This document shows, in pieces, positions 26,013 to 37,563 of a stretch of 64,000 nucleotides of DNA (positions are counted from its first letter, which is position 1; every line of letters begins with the position of its first letter). A program made the position numbers and the translations under genes. The DNA is from Malacoraja senta (Eukaryota): assembly GCA_038087875.1 (NCBI GenBank), contig CM075997.1, positions 8,682,001-8,746,000 of the forward strand, read 5' to 3'. The notes below the pieces were generated by a model, which ran no database searches, was not told where the DNA came from, and worked only from the letters and a program-made list of their open reading frames with translations.

Positions 26013-26409
26013 AGCGGGTTAGACAGAGTGGACGTGGATAAGCTTTTCCCATTGAGAGTAGGGAAGATTCAAACAAGGGGACATGACTTGAGAATTAAGG
26101 GACAGAAGTTTAGGGGGAACATTAGGGGGAACTTCTTTACTCAGAGAGTGGTAGCTGTGTGGAATGAGCTTCCAGTGGAAGTGGTGGAGGCAGGTTCGAT
26201 GTTATCCTTTAAAAATAGATTGGATGGGTATATGGACGGGAAAGGAATGGAGGGTTATTTTCTGAGTGCAGGTAGATGGGACTAGGGGGAAGTATTTTAT
26301 TTTTAATTTAAAAAAAAAAAAAAAAAATTAAATTAAATGTTCGGCACGGACTTCAAGGGCCGAGATGGCCTGTTTCCGTGCTGTTATGGTTATATGGTTA
26401 TATGGTTAT
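26013..26409 (+). mobile_element. CR1 family A 3' fragment inside the DIRS RNase H region
   Basis: GLDRVDVDKLFPLRVG...; (TATGGTTA)n tail; possible short TSD AAGC. Confidence 0.85.
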
Positions 26410-27250
26410 AAGCTTATTGTTCTAACACAACTAATAAGCATGTTCAAGTTCAAATTGATAACACAACAGTAGTTGTTTATATTAATGATATGGGTGGAAT
26501 TAAGTCGGTGTCTTGTGACAAAATGGTTAATCAACTTTGGGCTTGGTGTATTGAAAAGAACATTTGGATTTCAGCTATCTATCTACCAGGTAGAATGAAC
26601 GATAGCAGACACCAGGTCACGAAAAGTTCCATGATAATAAAGAATGGATGTTGAATCAAGAGGTATTCAATGATATAGTCATCAGATTTGGAATGACCGA
26701 CATCGACTTGAATCATCAGCTATCGAGATATGTCTCATGGAAACCAGATCCAGGAGCAGTGGCGATTGATGCTTTCTCGCTACATTGGGGTGGTATGTTT
26801 TCATATATATTTCCACCTTTCTGCCTCATAAGCCAATGTTTGCTTAAAATCAGGCAAGATGCTGCTTCAAGGGTATTGGTAGTACCAGATTGGCCTACAC
26901 AGCCATGGTATCCGTTGATATTAGAATTAACAACACAAATGTTGATGAAAGTCCCAAAAAAGAGTAATTTATTGCTGGACCCTGTACAGGGGAACAACAT
27001 CCATTATATGATCGTTTGGATTTGTTGATTTGCAGGTTTTAAGAATGCCTTTTCTGGGACAAGGACTGTCTGAGCATACTGTGGACATGCTTACGGCAGT
27101 CTGGAGGAAGAGCACTCAAAAACAGTACCTTTCTTATATTAAGAAATGGGAAGAGTTCTGGGTACAAAAGAATGTGCAATAAAGTACTGCAGATATTTCA
27201 AATGTTTAGAATTTCTGTCAAAACTTTATTATGATGAAGGTCTGAGTTGT

Positions 27251-29528
27251 AAACATATAACATAGAAACATAGAAAGTAGGTGCGAGAGTAGACCACCAG
27301 GCCCATCGAGCCCGCACCGCCATTCGCTCATGGCTGAACACTAAACAGACACCCTTACCCACAAACAGTAGACACAAGACACAGAACACAAGACACTACC
27401 CTCCCCTTTATATCGCTATCACCCCTCTCCACCCCAAGAACCGCGTGATCTCCTGGGGGAGGCAAAAAAACGGATAAAAACCCAGGTCCAATTCGGGAAA
27501 AAAATCCGGGAAATTCCTCTCCGACCCCAATCCAGGTGATCGACACTTGTCCAGGAGATCACTCAGGTCTTACTATACTAACCATACCTAGGTCCATATC
27601 CCTGCCCTCTCCCCGTAGCCCCTTATCCCCTTGGCAGCTAAAAAACCATCTATTTTAGACTTAAATATATTTAATGTTTCTGCTTCCACTGCTCCCTGGG
27701 GCAGTGAATTCCATAAATTAACCACCCTCTGGGTGAAGAAGTTCTTCCTCATCTCAGTTTTAAAAGAGCCCCCTCTTATTCTACAACTATGTCCCCTAGT
27801 TCTAGTTTCCCCGATCATTGGGAACATCCTCGGTGCATCCACCCGATCAAGGCCCCTCACGATCTTATATGTTTCAATGAGATCGCCTCTCATTCTTCTA
27901 AACTCCAAAGAGTAGAGTTCCAGCCTACTTAACCTTTCCTCATATGTCAATCCCCTCATTGCAGGAATTAATCTTGTAAACCTTCGCTGCACTGCCTCCA
28001 GGGCCAGTACATCCTTTCTTAAGTATGGACCCCAGAACTGTACACAGTATTCCAAATGTGGTCTCACTAATACTGTGTACAGCTGCAGCAAGACCTCCGT
28101 GTTTTTATACTCAATCCCCCTAGCAATAAAGGCCAAAACTCCATTGGCCTTCCTGATTGCTTGCTGCACCTGCATACTAACTTTTAGTGATTCATGTACT
28201 ACTACCCCTAGATCCCTTTGCGTTGCATTACAACGCAGCTCCACCTCATTTAGAAAATAACTTGCCCTATCATTTTTTTTCCCAAAGTGAATGACTTCAC
28301 ATTTATTAGTATTAAATTTCATCTGCCAAGTTGTTGCCCACTCACCTAGCTTATCTATATCCTTTTGCAGACTCTTCCTATCCTCCTCATCCCCTACTTT
28401 TCCTCCCATTTTTGTATCGTCCGCAAATTTTGATATATTACACTTGGTTCCCTCCTCCAAATCATTTATATAAATTGTGAACAACTGGGGTCCCAGCACC
28501 GACCTTTGCGGAACCCCGCTAGTTACCGGTTGCCATCCCGAGTATGAACCATTTATCCCCACTCTCTGCTTCCTATTTGTTAGCCAATCCTCTACCCATG
28601 CTAATATATTACCCCCAATCCCATAATTTTTTATTTTTAGCAATAGTCTCTTATGTGGCACCTTGTCAAAAGCCTTTTGGAAGTCCAAGTATACCACATC
28701 CACCGGTTCCCCTTTATCCACCCGGGTTGTTACTTCCTCAAAGAATTCGAGCAGATTCGTTAAACAGGACTTCCCCTTCACAAAACCATGCTGGTTCTGT
28801 CCGATGAAGTCATGTTTATCCAAGTGCCCCGTTAGTGTTTCTTTAATAATTGTCTCTAACATTTTACCCACCACCGATGTTAGACTAACCGGTCTATAGT
28901 TACCCGCCTTCTGTTTACTTCCTTTTTTAAATATAGGTGTTACATTGGCCATTTTCCAATCCACTGGGACCGTTCCTGCCTCCAGGGAGTTTTGGAAAAT
29001 TATCACCAATGCATCCACAATCCCCACCGCTATCTCCCTCAAGACCCTTGGATGTAATCCATCAGGCCCAGGGGATTTATCCTCCTTCAGTCTCATTAAT
29101 TTCCCTAATACCACCTCCTTGGTGATCTTAATAGTATTTAGCTCCTCCATTCCTACCGCCCCCTGTTTATCCAGCGTTGGAATATTTTTTGTGTCTTCTA
29201 TGGTGAAGACTGATACAAAATACTCGTTTAATGCCTTTGCCATTTCCATGTTCCCCACCAACAACTCTCCAGTCTCACCCTCCAATGGACCAACGTTCAC
29301 CTTAGCCACCCTTTTTCTTTTTATATAGCTATAAAAACTCTTACTATTAGTTTTTATGTTGTTCGCTAAATTCCTTTCATAGTCTATTTTCCCCGTCTTA
29401 ATTAATCTCTTAGTTATTTTTTGCTGACCTTTAAATGCTTCCCAATCCTCTACCCTCCCACTATCTCTAGCTACCTTATATGCCCTTGCCTTCAGCCGAA
29501 TACTATCCTTTATAGTTTTACTGAGCAA
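27251..29528 (-). mobile_element. Young 5'-truncated CR1 (family C) with an uninterrupted 646-codon RT frame, inserted in the DIRS recombinase
   Basis: ORF 27588-29528 with KSPGPDG, YRPVSLTS, QHGF, FADD; distinct 3' UTR; (TTTCTATG)n tail. Confidence 0.93.
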
Positions 29529-32083
29529 TTAATTCAGCCAGAAGTGCATTCTCCTCATATTTGGTTCTGGATTCAGAAAGAAACTCAATTGGGTCACACC
29601 CAATTGTTTCCAGACTAATGAAAGGAATCTTTAATTCCAAACCACCGAAACCTAGGTACGTGAGAATCTGGGATGTAAGTGTGGTACTGAAACTACTTCG
29701 TGATGGTCATCAAGTGTGTCTTTACCTTTGGTCAAGCTCAGTATGAAAGTATTCATATTTATGGCATGAGTGACAGCACAACGAGTGCAAACACTTGGAG
29801 AATTACAAATAGACAGTATGGAAGTAACTGAAGACAAGGTTACATTCTATATCTATGACCTACTAAAGCAAATTAGGCCAGGTGTGACAGGATTTAAAAT
29901 TATGCTGGCAGCATATCCAAATGATCCATGTCTCTGTATGAAGACATATTTATTACAATACATTGAGGTCACAAAGAATTTGAGAATACGGAAACTGGGT
30001 TTTTGATCACACACAAGAAACCACACAAGAGAGTTTCAATACAGACTATTTCCAGATGGATAAAAGAAGTCTTAACAGCTGCTGGTATTAACACTTATGT
30101 TTTTACGTCTCACTCGACTAGGGCAGCAGAAATGTCGGCGGCCAGGGCAAAAGACGGCCCCGTCGACCATATCCTCGCAGCCGCCGGGTGGTCCAATGAG
30201 TTGATGTTTCAACATTTTTACCATCGGCCTATTGTTAATGCGGGGTTGTTTGCAGAAACTATTTTAAGTTCTGTGTAAATTCCTCTGGTTTAAAGGGGAT
30301 CTGATTCATTTCATTATTGAAATGAATTACTGCATTTGTGGTACAAATGTTATTATGAATGCATGATTGATTATTCTCGTTCCGAGTCAATCTATGCAGT
30401 GAGAAGCCGGGATTGATCCACGGCATGAAATCACAAAGCTTTAAAATCTTCACGTAGTCACTCACGTGACTCCGAAGTAAAATAGTAAGATTAAACGAGA
30501 ACTTACCTAAGTTTCAAGTTTGATCTTTATTTTATGAGGAGTTACGTGGGTGATTACGTGCCCACCACGACCCTACCCTCTATCATAAAGGTCAGATGGA
30601 AGTTCTTGTCTTACTCGTTTTAGTATGAGACTATATTACTTCGGTTGTTTTTTGTGATTTCACACCGCTGCTTTGAAGATTGACGCGCAGGCGCACTGGC
30701 GGGGTTCTTCACGTAATCACCTACGTAACTCCTCATAAAATAAAGATCAAACTTCAAACTTAGGTAAGTTCTCGTTTAATCTTACTATTTACAATATACA
30801 TTAATGATTTAGATGAAGGGATTCAAAATAACATTAGCAAATTTCCAGATGACACAAAGCTGGGTGGCAGTGTGAACTGAGGAGGATGCTATGAGAGTGC
30901 AGGGTGATTTGGACAGGTTGGGTGAGTGGGCAGATGCATGGCATGCAGTTAAATGTGGATAAATGTGCGGTTTCCCACTTTGGTAGCAAAAACAGGAAGG
31001 CAGATCTAAATGGTGCCAAATTGGGAAAAGGGGAAGTACAACGGGATCTGGGAGTCCTTGTTCATCAGTCAATGAAAGTCATAGCAAACGGATTTGAGTA
31101 TAGGAGCAGGGAGGTTCTACTGCAGTTGTACAGGGTCTTGTTGAGACCACACCTGGAGTATTGCGTACAGTTTGGTCTCCTAATCTGAGGAAGGACATTC
31201 TTGCCATTGAGGGAGTACAGAGAAGGTTCACCAGACTGATTTCAGGGATGTCAGGACTTTCATATGAAGAAATACTGGATAGACTCGGCTTGTACTCGCC
31301 AGAATTTAGAAGATTGAGGGGGGATCTAAATTCTTAAGGGGTTGGACAGGCTAGATGCAGGAAGATTGTTCCCAATGTTGGGGAAGTCCAGAACAAGGGA
31401 TCACAGTTTAAGGATAAAGGGGAAATCTTTTAGGACTGAGATGAGAAAAACATTTTTTACACAGAGAGTGGTGAATCTCTGGAATTCTCTGCCACAGAAT
31501 GTAGTTGAGGCCAGTTCAGAGAGAGAGAGAGAGAGAGACAGACAAAACAAAAAAACCTGTTTTAATCCTATTTCTCCTCCCTCCTCCCCTTCCCGTTTTT
31601 GGTGGGAAAATTTCAGGAAAGATGTCGTTAAGCTGGAAAGGGTGCAGAGAAGATTTACGAGGATGTTGCTAGGACTCAAGGGGCCTGAGCTACAGGGAGA
31701 GGTTGGCGCAGGTTAGGACTCCATTCTTTGGTGCGCAGGAGAAAGATGGGTACAATCTTATAGAGGTGTACAAAATCACGAGAGGAATAGATCGGTTAGA
31801 TGCACAGAGTCTCTTGGCCAGAGTAGGGGAATCGAGGACCAGACGACATAGGTTTAAGGTGAGAGGGGAAAAGATCTTTGTAAATCTTCTCTGAGTCCTT
31901 TTCAGCTTGACGACATCTTTCCTGTAACACGGTGCCAAGAACTGAACACAATACCTTAAATGCAGCCTCACCAACGGCAACTGCAACGTGACCTCCAAAC
32001 TTCTATACACAATACCTATTGTCTATTGCCTACTCTGACTGATGAAGGCCAATGTACCAAAAGCCTTCTTGACCACCCTGTCT

Positions 32084-32275
32084 CACGGTGGCTCAGCGGT
32101 AGAGTTGCTGCCTCACTGCGCCAGAAACCCAGGTTCCATCCTGACCACGGGTGCTGTGTGTATGGAGTTTGCACATTCTCCCCGTGACCTGCGTGGGTTT
32201 TTTCCGGGTGCTCCGCTTTCATCCCACACTCCAAAGACGTGGGGGTTTGTTGGTTAATTGACTGAAATTGTAAAT
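32084..32275 (+). mobile_element. tRNA-derived V-SINE (HE1-like)
   Basis: A box TGGCTCAGCGG; B-box-like GGTTCCATCC; V-domain TGGAGTTTGCACATTCTCCCCGTGACCTGCGTGGGTT. Confidence 0.8.
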
Positions 32276-32362
32276 TTTCCTCCGACTGTTGCGCCCTCCT
32301 GACGACGGGAGGCACCGTCTTTGTTTCTCTGTCCGCAGCGAACCCTGTCTATTGAAGGGCTC

Positions 32363-32545
32363 GGTGCAGCGCCTCTAGTCCTCCGAGTGCAGCGCTCCCT
32401 GGCGGTGGGAGGCAACGGTGCAGCGTCTCGGGACCTCTGAGTGCCGCGCCCCCTGGCGCTGGGAGGCCGCTGCACTCAGTCTCTAGTCGTCTGACTGCAG
32501 TGCCCCCTGGCGGCGGGAGCCCCCTCTGCAGTGCCCCTGTTGGTT
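32363..32545. repeat. Degenerate 54-bp tandem repeat with CTCF-like motifs
   Basis: GCGCTCCCTGGCGG at 32392, GCGCCCCCTGGCGC at 32446 and GTGCCCCCTGGCGG at 32500, exactly 54 bp apart. Confidence 0.7.
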
Positions 32546-32907
32546 GAAGGCCGCGGTGCAGCGCCAATGGTCGTCCCTCGGATTGGCGGTGGCGTCAGGG
32601 CGCCGGTCGTGGGTTGGACGACGCTGGGCAGATGTCATGACGGCGGTCGTGCGGGTGGCTCGACGTGGTTCCCGGACACTCGGTGTCCCCCGGTCGGTTC
32701 ACGCGTTAGTAATGTCCTGTTTGCCAGCTTGTTGACCCTCTGTGTTCCCCTCCTGCAGGGTTTACGAGCCGTTGCTGTCGACGGAGAGACGGTAACGTGA
32801 GCGACCATTGAGGGCGGCCAGGGTGACCGTGAGCCCCCTTCCCCCCCCCCCCATCTGCTCAGTGTGCGGGCTGAACTTCGAAGGGCTGGGCTTCAGTGGA
32901 GAACCAC

Positions 32908-33525
32908 ATGACGGGGCACAACAAGGAGAAGCATTATGAGTGCGACGTGTGTGGCAAGGCCTGTGAGAGCCCAAGCCAGTTGGAGGCCCACTGGCGAGTG
33001 CACACGGGAGAATGCCCCTTCGACTGCTCCAACTGTGGCAAGGCCTTCAAGATGGCGAGTGACCTGAAGAACCATCGGCGACTGCACACGGGAGAGAAGC
33101 CTTATGGCTGCTCCACCTGTGGCAAGAGCTTTACCCGGTCGTCTGGGCTGCGGGAGCACCGGCGGGTGCACAGCAGTGAGCGGCCCTTCACCTGCTCCGA
33201 CTGCGGCGAAGGCTTCAAGTCGTCCAGGGACCTGAAGGTGCACAATCGCCTGCACACTGGCGAGCGGCCCTACACCTGCGTCCAGTGCGGCAAGGGCTTC
33301 ACCCGCTCCGACAGTCTGCTGGTGCATCAGCGCACCCACACCGGCGAGCGCCCCTACACCTGCGTCCAGTGCGGCAAGGGCTTCACCCAGTCCAGCTATC
33401 TGCTGTCCCACCAGCAGGTGCACGCGGGCGACCGTCCCGTCCCCAGCCCGTTGTGTGGAGAGCGCTTTGCCATGGCCTCCCACGCCCTGTCTCAACAGCA
33501 CGTGCACACCAGTGGCCAGTCCTAA
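32908..33525 (+). CDS. Tandem C2H2 zinc-finger protein (6 intact fingers), possibly truncated
   Basis: Six CxxC-x12-HxxxH fingers with TGE[KR]P-type linkers; ATG at 32908; TAA at 33523 replaces the first aromatic residue of a further finger. Confidence 0.7.
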   Translation: MTGHNKEKHYECDVCGKACESPSQLEAHWRVHTGECPFDCSNCGKAFKMASDLKNHRRLHTGEKPYGCSTCGKSFTRSSGLREHRRVHSSERPFTCSDCGEGFKSSRDLKVHNRLHTGERPYTCVQCGKGFTRSDSLLVHQRTHTGERPYTCVQCGKGFTQSSYLLSHQQVHAGDRPVPSPLCGERFAMASHALSQQHVHTSGQS

Positions 33526-33905
33526 GACTGCCCGTACTGCGGTGAGGCGTTTGACAGCTCGCGTGGGTTGCGTCAGCACCGGCGGGCTCACGCCGGCGAG
33601 CGGCTGCTCCCACTGCGGCAAGCGTTTCAAGAGCGCACGGGCTGTGGGAGCACTAGCGGATACACACCAGAGAGAGACCCCTTGTGTGTGCTGAGTGTGG
33701 CAAGGGTTTCACCCGCATGTCCAGCCTGTGGCAGCACCGGCATACCCACAGCGGTGAGTGTCCCTTCCCCTGCCCGTCCTGTGGTAAGGGCTTTACCTGC
33801 CTTGACCACCTGCTGGAGCACTGGTGGGTCCACATCGGCCAGCGCCCCTTCACCTGCACACTCTGTGGCAAGACCTTTGCCCGCTCCGCCAGCCTGTGGA
33901 TAGGC
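33526..33905 (+). pseudogene. Disrupted continuation of the zinc-finger array (about 5 more fingers)
   Basis: DCPYCGEAFDSSRGLRQHRRAH, a frameshifted finger, CAECGKGFTRMSSLWQHRHTH, CPSCGKGFTCLDHLLEHWWVH and CTLCGKTF. Confidence 0.8.
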
Positions 33906-33919
33906 GCTGTTTAAATAGA

Positions 33920-35600
33920 TACATAATGCTGGAAGTAAGGATTACTTTTCGGGTCGAGACCCTCTTCAGTATCGACCCGAAACCTCACCCATTCCTTCTC
34001 TCCAGAGTAGCTTCCTGTCCTGAGTTACTCCAGCATTTTGTGTCCATTTACGTAAACCAGCATCTGCAGTTCCTTGTATTTAAACCATTCTGGTAAACCA
34101 TCTCTGCACCTTCCCCAAAGCTTCCACATCAGTCCTGTAATGGAGTGACCAGAACTGTATGCAATACTCCAAATGCTACCTGACCATTGTCCCTTAAAGC
34201 TGCACATATACATTCCTCTCTCCTTATCTCACACCCTTTTATCTCCTTATTTTCTCTCGCCGCTGTCACTTCACTCATCCGCCGATCACCCCTTCATCTG
34301 TTAACATAGTTTCAATCTGAAGAAATGTCCCGACCCGAAACGTCACCTATCCATGTTCTCCACAGATGCTGCCTGACCAGCTGAGTTACTCCTGCACTCT
34401 GAAACGTCACCTAACCATGTTCTCCACAGATGCTGCCTGACCCGCTGAGTTACTGCAGCACTTTGTGATAGTGTGAAACAGTGTGGAAACAGGCCCTTCG
34501 GCACAACTTGCCCACACCGACCAACATGTCCTGGCTACAGTAGTCCCACCTGCCTGCGTTTAGTCCATATCCCTCCAAACTTGTCCTATCCATGTACCTG
34601 TCTAACTGTTTCTTAAACGTTGGGATAGTCCCAGCCTCAACTACCTCCTCTGTCAGCTTATTCCATTCACCCACCATCCTCTGTGTGCAAAAGTTACCCC
34701 TCAGATTCCTATTGTATCTTTTCCTCTTCACCTTGAACCCATGTCCTCTGGTCCTCGATTCCCCCACTCCGGGCAAGAGATTCTGTGCATCTAACTCAAT
34801 TGTGTTCTATGCAAGATTCCAGCATCTGCAGTTTCCTGTGTCTCCCTCACCTATATCCACCTATCACTTCTGAAGAAGGGTCTCAACCTGAAATGTCACC
34901 CAATCCTTCTCTCTAGAGATGCTGCCTGTCCCACTGAGTTACTCCAGCATTTTGTGTCCACCTATCACTTGCCAGGCTTTGTCCAGTCCCCATCTCTCTT
35001 TTCCAGCTTCCTCCCCCCACCCTCTCCAATCAATCTGAAGAAGGGTCCTGACAAAACATCATCTGTCCATTCCCTCTAAAGCGGTGGAGGAACTCAGGCC
35101 GCATCTGTAGAGGGAAGGGAATCTGAGGCGACCACTCCCACCTCTCCTTTCCAACTTTCTCCACCCCCCAAAAGGGTCCTGACCTAGTATGTTGCCTGTC
35201 CATGCCCTCCAGAGGTGCAATTTACTCCAGGAGATTGTGTGTCTATTTGTAAACCAGCATCTGCTGTTTCCTGAATCTCCTGGTTGCCAACCATTTTAAC
35301 TCCCCTTCCCACTCCCACTCTGATCTTTCTGTCCTGGGCCTCCTCCATTGCCAGAATGAGGTGACACGCAAACTGGACAGCCCAATGACATGAACATTGC
35401 ATTCTCCAAATTAAGGAGTCACTCCCCCCCCACCCCCCCTTTTCCTGATCAAGTCCTGGAGTCTGTCCTGACAGCATCTCTTTTTTCCAGCTTTCTCCCA
35501 CGACTCCATCAGTCCAAAGAAGGGTCCAGACCCAACACGTTGCATTCCCCTCCTAAGTGCCGGTAGAACTCAGCAGGTCAGCCATCCATGGTGGGAAACG
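33920..35600. repeat. Cluster of degenerate Penelope terminal repeats plus CR1 3' fragments
   Basis: CTGAAGAA...GAAACGTC-like units at about 34317, 34870, 35034 and 35510; tandem duplication at 34338-34461; CR1 3' end at 34470-34790 (-). Confidence 0.7.
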
Positions 35601-36937
35601 GATGGAGAAGTGTTCCTAATATAAGCCCTCCTTGGCCCTGTCGAGGAGCAGACAATCAACAGTACCAGCATCTTCTCATTCATACTGTACCCAAGTGAAA
35701 ATGCAAAAGTGAGCCAAAGCTGCACACAGCCGACTGCTCACAGTACAAGCTGACTGCCACTGGCCCAAAAACTTAAAGGCATTTTAAAGTGGGTTTTTTT
35801 AAGAAAAACTTGACGCATTTGTGCCTTACGTAACAAATAAAACCAGTTTTTCCTGACCTCACTGTGTTTTTTGGAATTCTTCAGAATTCATGTAGTACTA
35901 TCAATAATGAAAGAAAATGCCAATCATCTCCAGAAATGATAAGAAATTATTCTCGCCTCCATGCATATCCGTAGCCTAGGAACACTTCTCGGTCGGGGGA
36001 AATGTAATTGCACTCAGCCAGTCAGAGGGAAATGCTAAATTGCAATATATGCAGCCCCATGGCTCAACAGGCCTATCTTTCCACAAGGTGGTAGCCATCA
36101 GGAAACACAACTTTGGCCCACAACACCTGTACTATCCCAAGAAAAGTCCATTTGGCCCACAGTGGCCGTATTAGCTCTTCAACTGGATAGGAACTGTCCA
36201 TTCTGCCCACAACACCCGTTCTATCCCCACAACCATCACCAAAACAGTCCCTTTGGCCCGCAAAACCCTACTAGCCCAAGAAAGATCTCTTTGGCCCGCA
36301 ATGGCCATACTAGCCCCACGACCAAACGTAAAAAGACCCTTCAGCCCACAATGCTGATACCGCCCCATCAGCCATCCAGAAACCAGTCCCTTCAGCCCAT
36401 AATGTCCGTAAATCTTCTCTGCGCCCATTCCAGCTTTTTTTTTTCTCTCTCTCTCCCGCCGCTCTCTCTCTCTCTCCCCCCCTTTCTCTCTCTCTCTCTC
36501 TCTCCCCCTCTCCACCCCTCTCTCCTCCCCTCTCTCTCCCTCCCCCAACACTCCAAGTATTGCCTCACCAACATTTTTTGTCCAGCTCTAACATGATGTC
36601 CCAAGTCTTGTACTCAATGCTCTGACTGATGAAGACAAGCTTGACAAACTGCTTTATCACCCTGTCTATCTGTGTTATCACTTTCAGAGAATCATGCACT
36701 CGTACTTTTTGGCGGTGTCTGTGTCCTACAACATTCTCTGGGGCTCTGCTGCCATTTACAGTGTAAGTGCTGCTGCTGCTGCACTGATTTAACTTCCCAC
36801 TTTGCACTTCTCCAAGTTAAATTCAATCTGTCATTCCTTGGCCCACATTTCCAGTTCATCTAGACCCTGCTTCAATTTGACAGTCAGTCGCTTTTAAAAT
36901 CCTGTATATCACCAATTTTGCTGCTGCTGCTGCTGTC

Positions 36938-37563
36938 CATAGAAACGTAGAAACATAGAAAATAGGTGCAGGTGTAGGCCATTCGGCCCTGCGAGCCTGC
37001 ACCGCCATTCAATATGATCATGGCTGATCATCCAACTCAGTATCCTGTACCTGCCTTTTCTCCATACCCCCTGATCCCTTTAGCCACATCTAACTCCCTC
37101 TTAAATATGGCCAATGAACTGGCCTCAACTACCTTCTGTGGCAGAGAGTTCCAGAGATTCACCACTCTCTGTGTGAAAAATGTTTTTCTCATCTCGGTCC
37201 TAAAAGATTTCCCCCTTATCCTTAAACTGTGACCGCCTTGTCCTGGACTTCCCCAACATCGGGAACAATCTTCCTGCATCTAGCGTGTCCAACCCCTTAA
37301 GAATTTTGTAAGTTTCTATAAGATCCCCCCTCAATCTTCTAAATTCTAGTGAGTACAAGCCGAGTCTATCCAGTCTTTCTTCATATGAAAGTCCTGACAT
37401 CCCAGGAATCAGTCTGGTGAACCTTCTCTGTACTCACTCTATGGCAAGAATGTCTTTCCTCAGATTTGGAGACCAAAACTGTACGCAATACTCCAGGTGT
37501 GGTCTCACCAAGACCCTGTACAACTGCAGTAGAACCTCCTTGCTCCTATACTCAAATCCTTTT
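36938..37563 (-). mobile_element. CR1 3' fragment
   Basis: GLSYEERLDRLGLYSLEFRRLRGD...RVVNLWNSLP; CATAGAAA-type tail. Confidence 0.88.

Larger units (their letters stand above)
24186..30789 (+). mobile_element. DIRS1-type tyrosine-recombinase retrotransposon, copy 1 (gag largely deleted, two nested CR1 insertions)
   Basis: Inverted termini (24213-24247 vs 30681-30715); ICR at 30447-30560 complementary to both ends; RT DLKDAY and YLDD; RNase H QTDAS..GWG; MT-like DAF..W..Y.FPPF; recombinase AQRVQ...HSTRAA...AAGW...F..FY. Confidence 0.93.
21878..31520 (+). mobile_element. CR1 LINE ORF2 (family B), host of nested insertions
   Basis: APE fragments at 21878-22650, RT at 23525-24185 ending [11 protein letters not shown], resuming at 30790 as TIYINDLDEG. 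Confidence 0.85.

Noticed and set aside
24432..30278. RT plus methyltransferase plus tyrosine recombinase read as a prokaryotic retron, defence or phage island
   Set aside because: Domain order and ITR/ICR termini are those of DIRS1-type retrotransposons, and vertebrate LINEs are nested inside.
30394..30430. Hairpin or hammerhead ribozyme in the DIRS 3' structure
   Set aside because: The AGAA motif is not conserved in copy 2, and no CUGANGA/GAAA core is present.
32084..32150. tRNA gene
   Set aside because: The A/B boxes belong to a SINE head; no complete cloverleaf, and a V-domain follows.
32893..33630. 245-aa minus-strand ORF
   Set aside because: Antisense shadow of the zinc-finger codon pattern.
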